Source: Squalus acanthias (lineage: Eukaryota). Taken from it: a stretch of 64,000 bases of DNA. How positions within the stretch are numbered: position 1 is the first letter of the stretch; every line of letters begins with the position of its first letter. The DNA is taken from positions 59,398,001 through 59,462,000 of the forward strand of contig CM059432.1 in assembly GCA_030390025.1 (NCBI GenBank), given 5' to 3'. Below the pieces are notes generated by a model, which did not search any database, was not told where the DNA came from, and saw only the letters and a list, made by a program, of their open reading frames with translations. The translations under genes and the position numbers were made by a program. This document shows positions 63,600 to 64,000 of this stretch, in pieces.

Positions 63600-64000
63600 C
63601 CAATCCTGAACCATATCTCTCTCTATTTTCTCTCCCATCTCTCCTCATGCCCTCTCTGAGCTTATGTCATCCATAAGACCCACTTCCTGTTCCCTTGACC
63701 CTATTTCCATTAAACTGTTACCCACCCAACTTCCCTTCCAGGTCCCCATGCTAGCTGACTTTGTAAATGGTTCCCTCTCCTCCTTTCCAAAACCACCATC
63801 ATCACCTTCCTCTTAAAAAAAAAACCCACTCTTGACCCCCTCTATCCTTGAAAACTACTGCCCCATCTGCTGCTGAAATCCTCATCTATGCCTTAGTCAC
63901 CTCCAGACTCAATTATTCTAATGGTCTCCTAACTGGCATTCCATCATCCACCCTCCGTAAACGTCAGCCCATCCAAACCTATGCTGCACCAAATCCCGCT
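63600..64000 (+). mobile_element. L2 LINE ORF2 fragments
   Basis: tcctgttcccttgaccctatt (SC.LDPI), ctcttaaaaaaa..ccactcttgaccc (LLKK..LDP), ctcatctatgccttagtcacctccagactc (LI.ALVTSRL). Confidence 0.75.

Overview
Vertebrate genomic DNA, very likely from a cartilaginous fish (inferred from the DeuSINE/SacSINE1-type SINE, the CR1 families and the dense Harbinger load). Two host genes are visible, both on the minus strand. One is the first coding exon of a KCNQ3-type voltage-gated K+ channel (11428-11744), so 1-11427 is its intron 1. The other is the last coding exon of DNAAF11/LRRC6 (56626-56809), so 56810-64000 is its last intron. This order and orientation match the DNAAF11-KCNQ3 neighbourhood known in human. 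Most of the remaining sequence is transposon-derived: a near-intact CR1 LINE with an esterase-type ORF1, many CR1/L2/L1 fragments, several two-gene PIF/Harbinger elements (HARBI1-like transposase plus a spliced Myb/SANT gene) with their MITEs, SINEs, and three short Penelope-like inserts. The most notable observations are: (i) minimal hammerhead ribozymes in the Penelope-like inserts, including a 185-bp palindrome with one ribozyme on each strand; (ii) a strong-Kozak upstream ORF overlapping the KCNQ3 start; (iii) a KCNQ3 N-terminus mixing KCNQ2-like and KCNQ3-like motifs; (iv) Harbinger elements repeatedly carrying a CRE motif. All calls were made by eye and from memory of family motifs, without database searches. 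TE boundaries are approximate unless a TIR or TSD is quoted.
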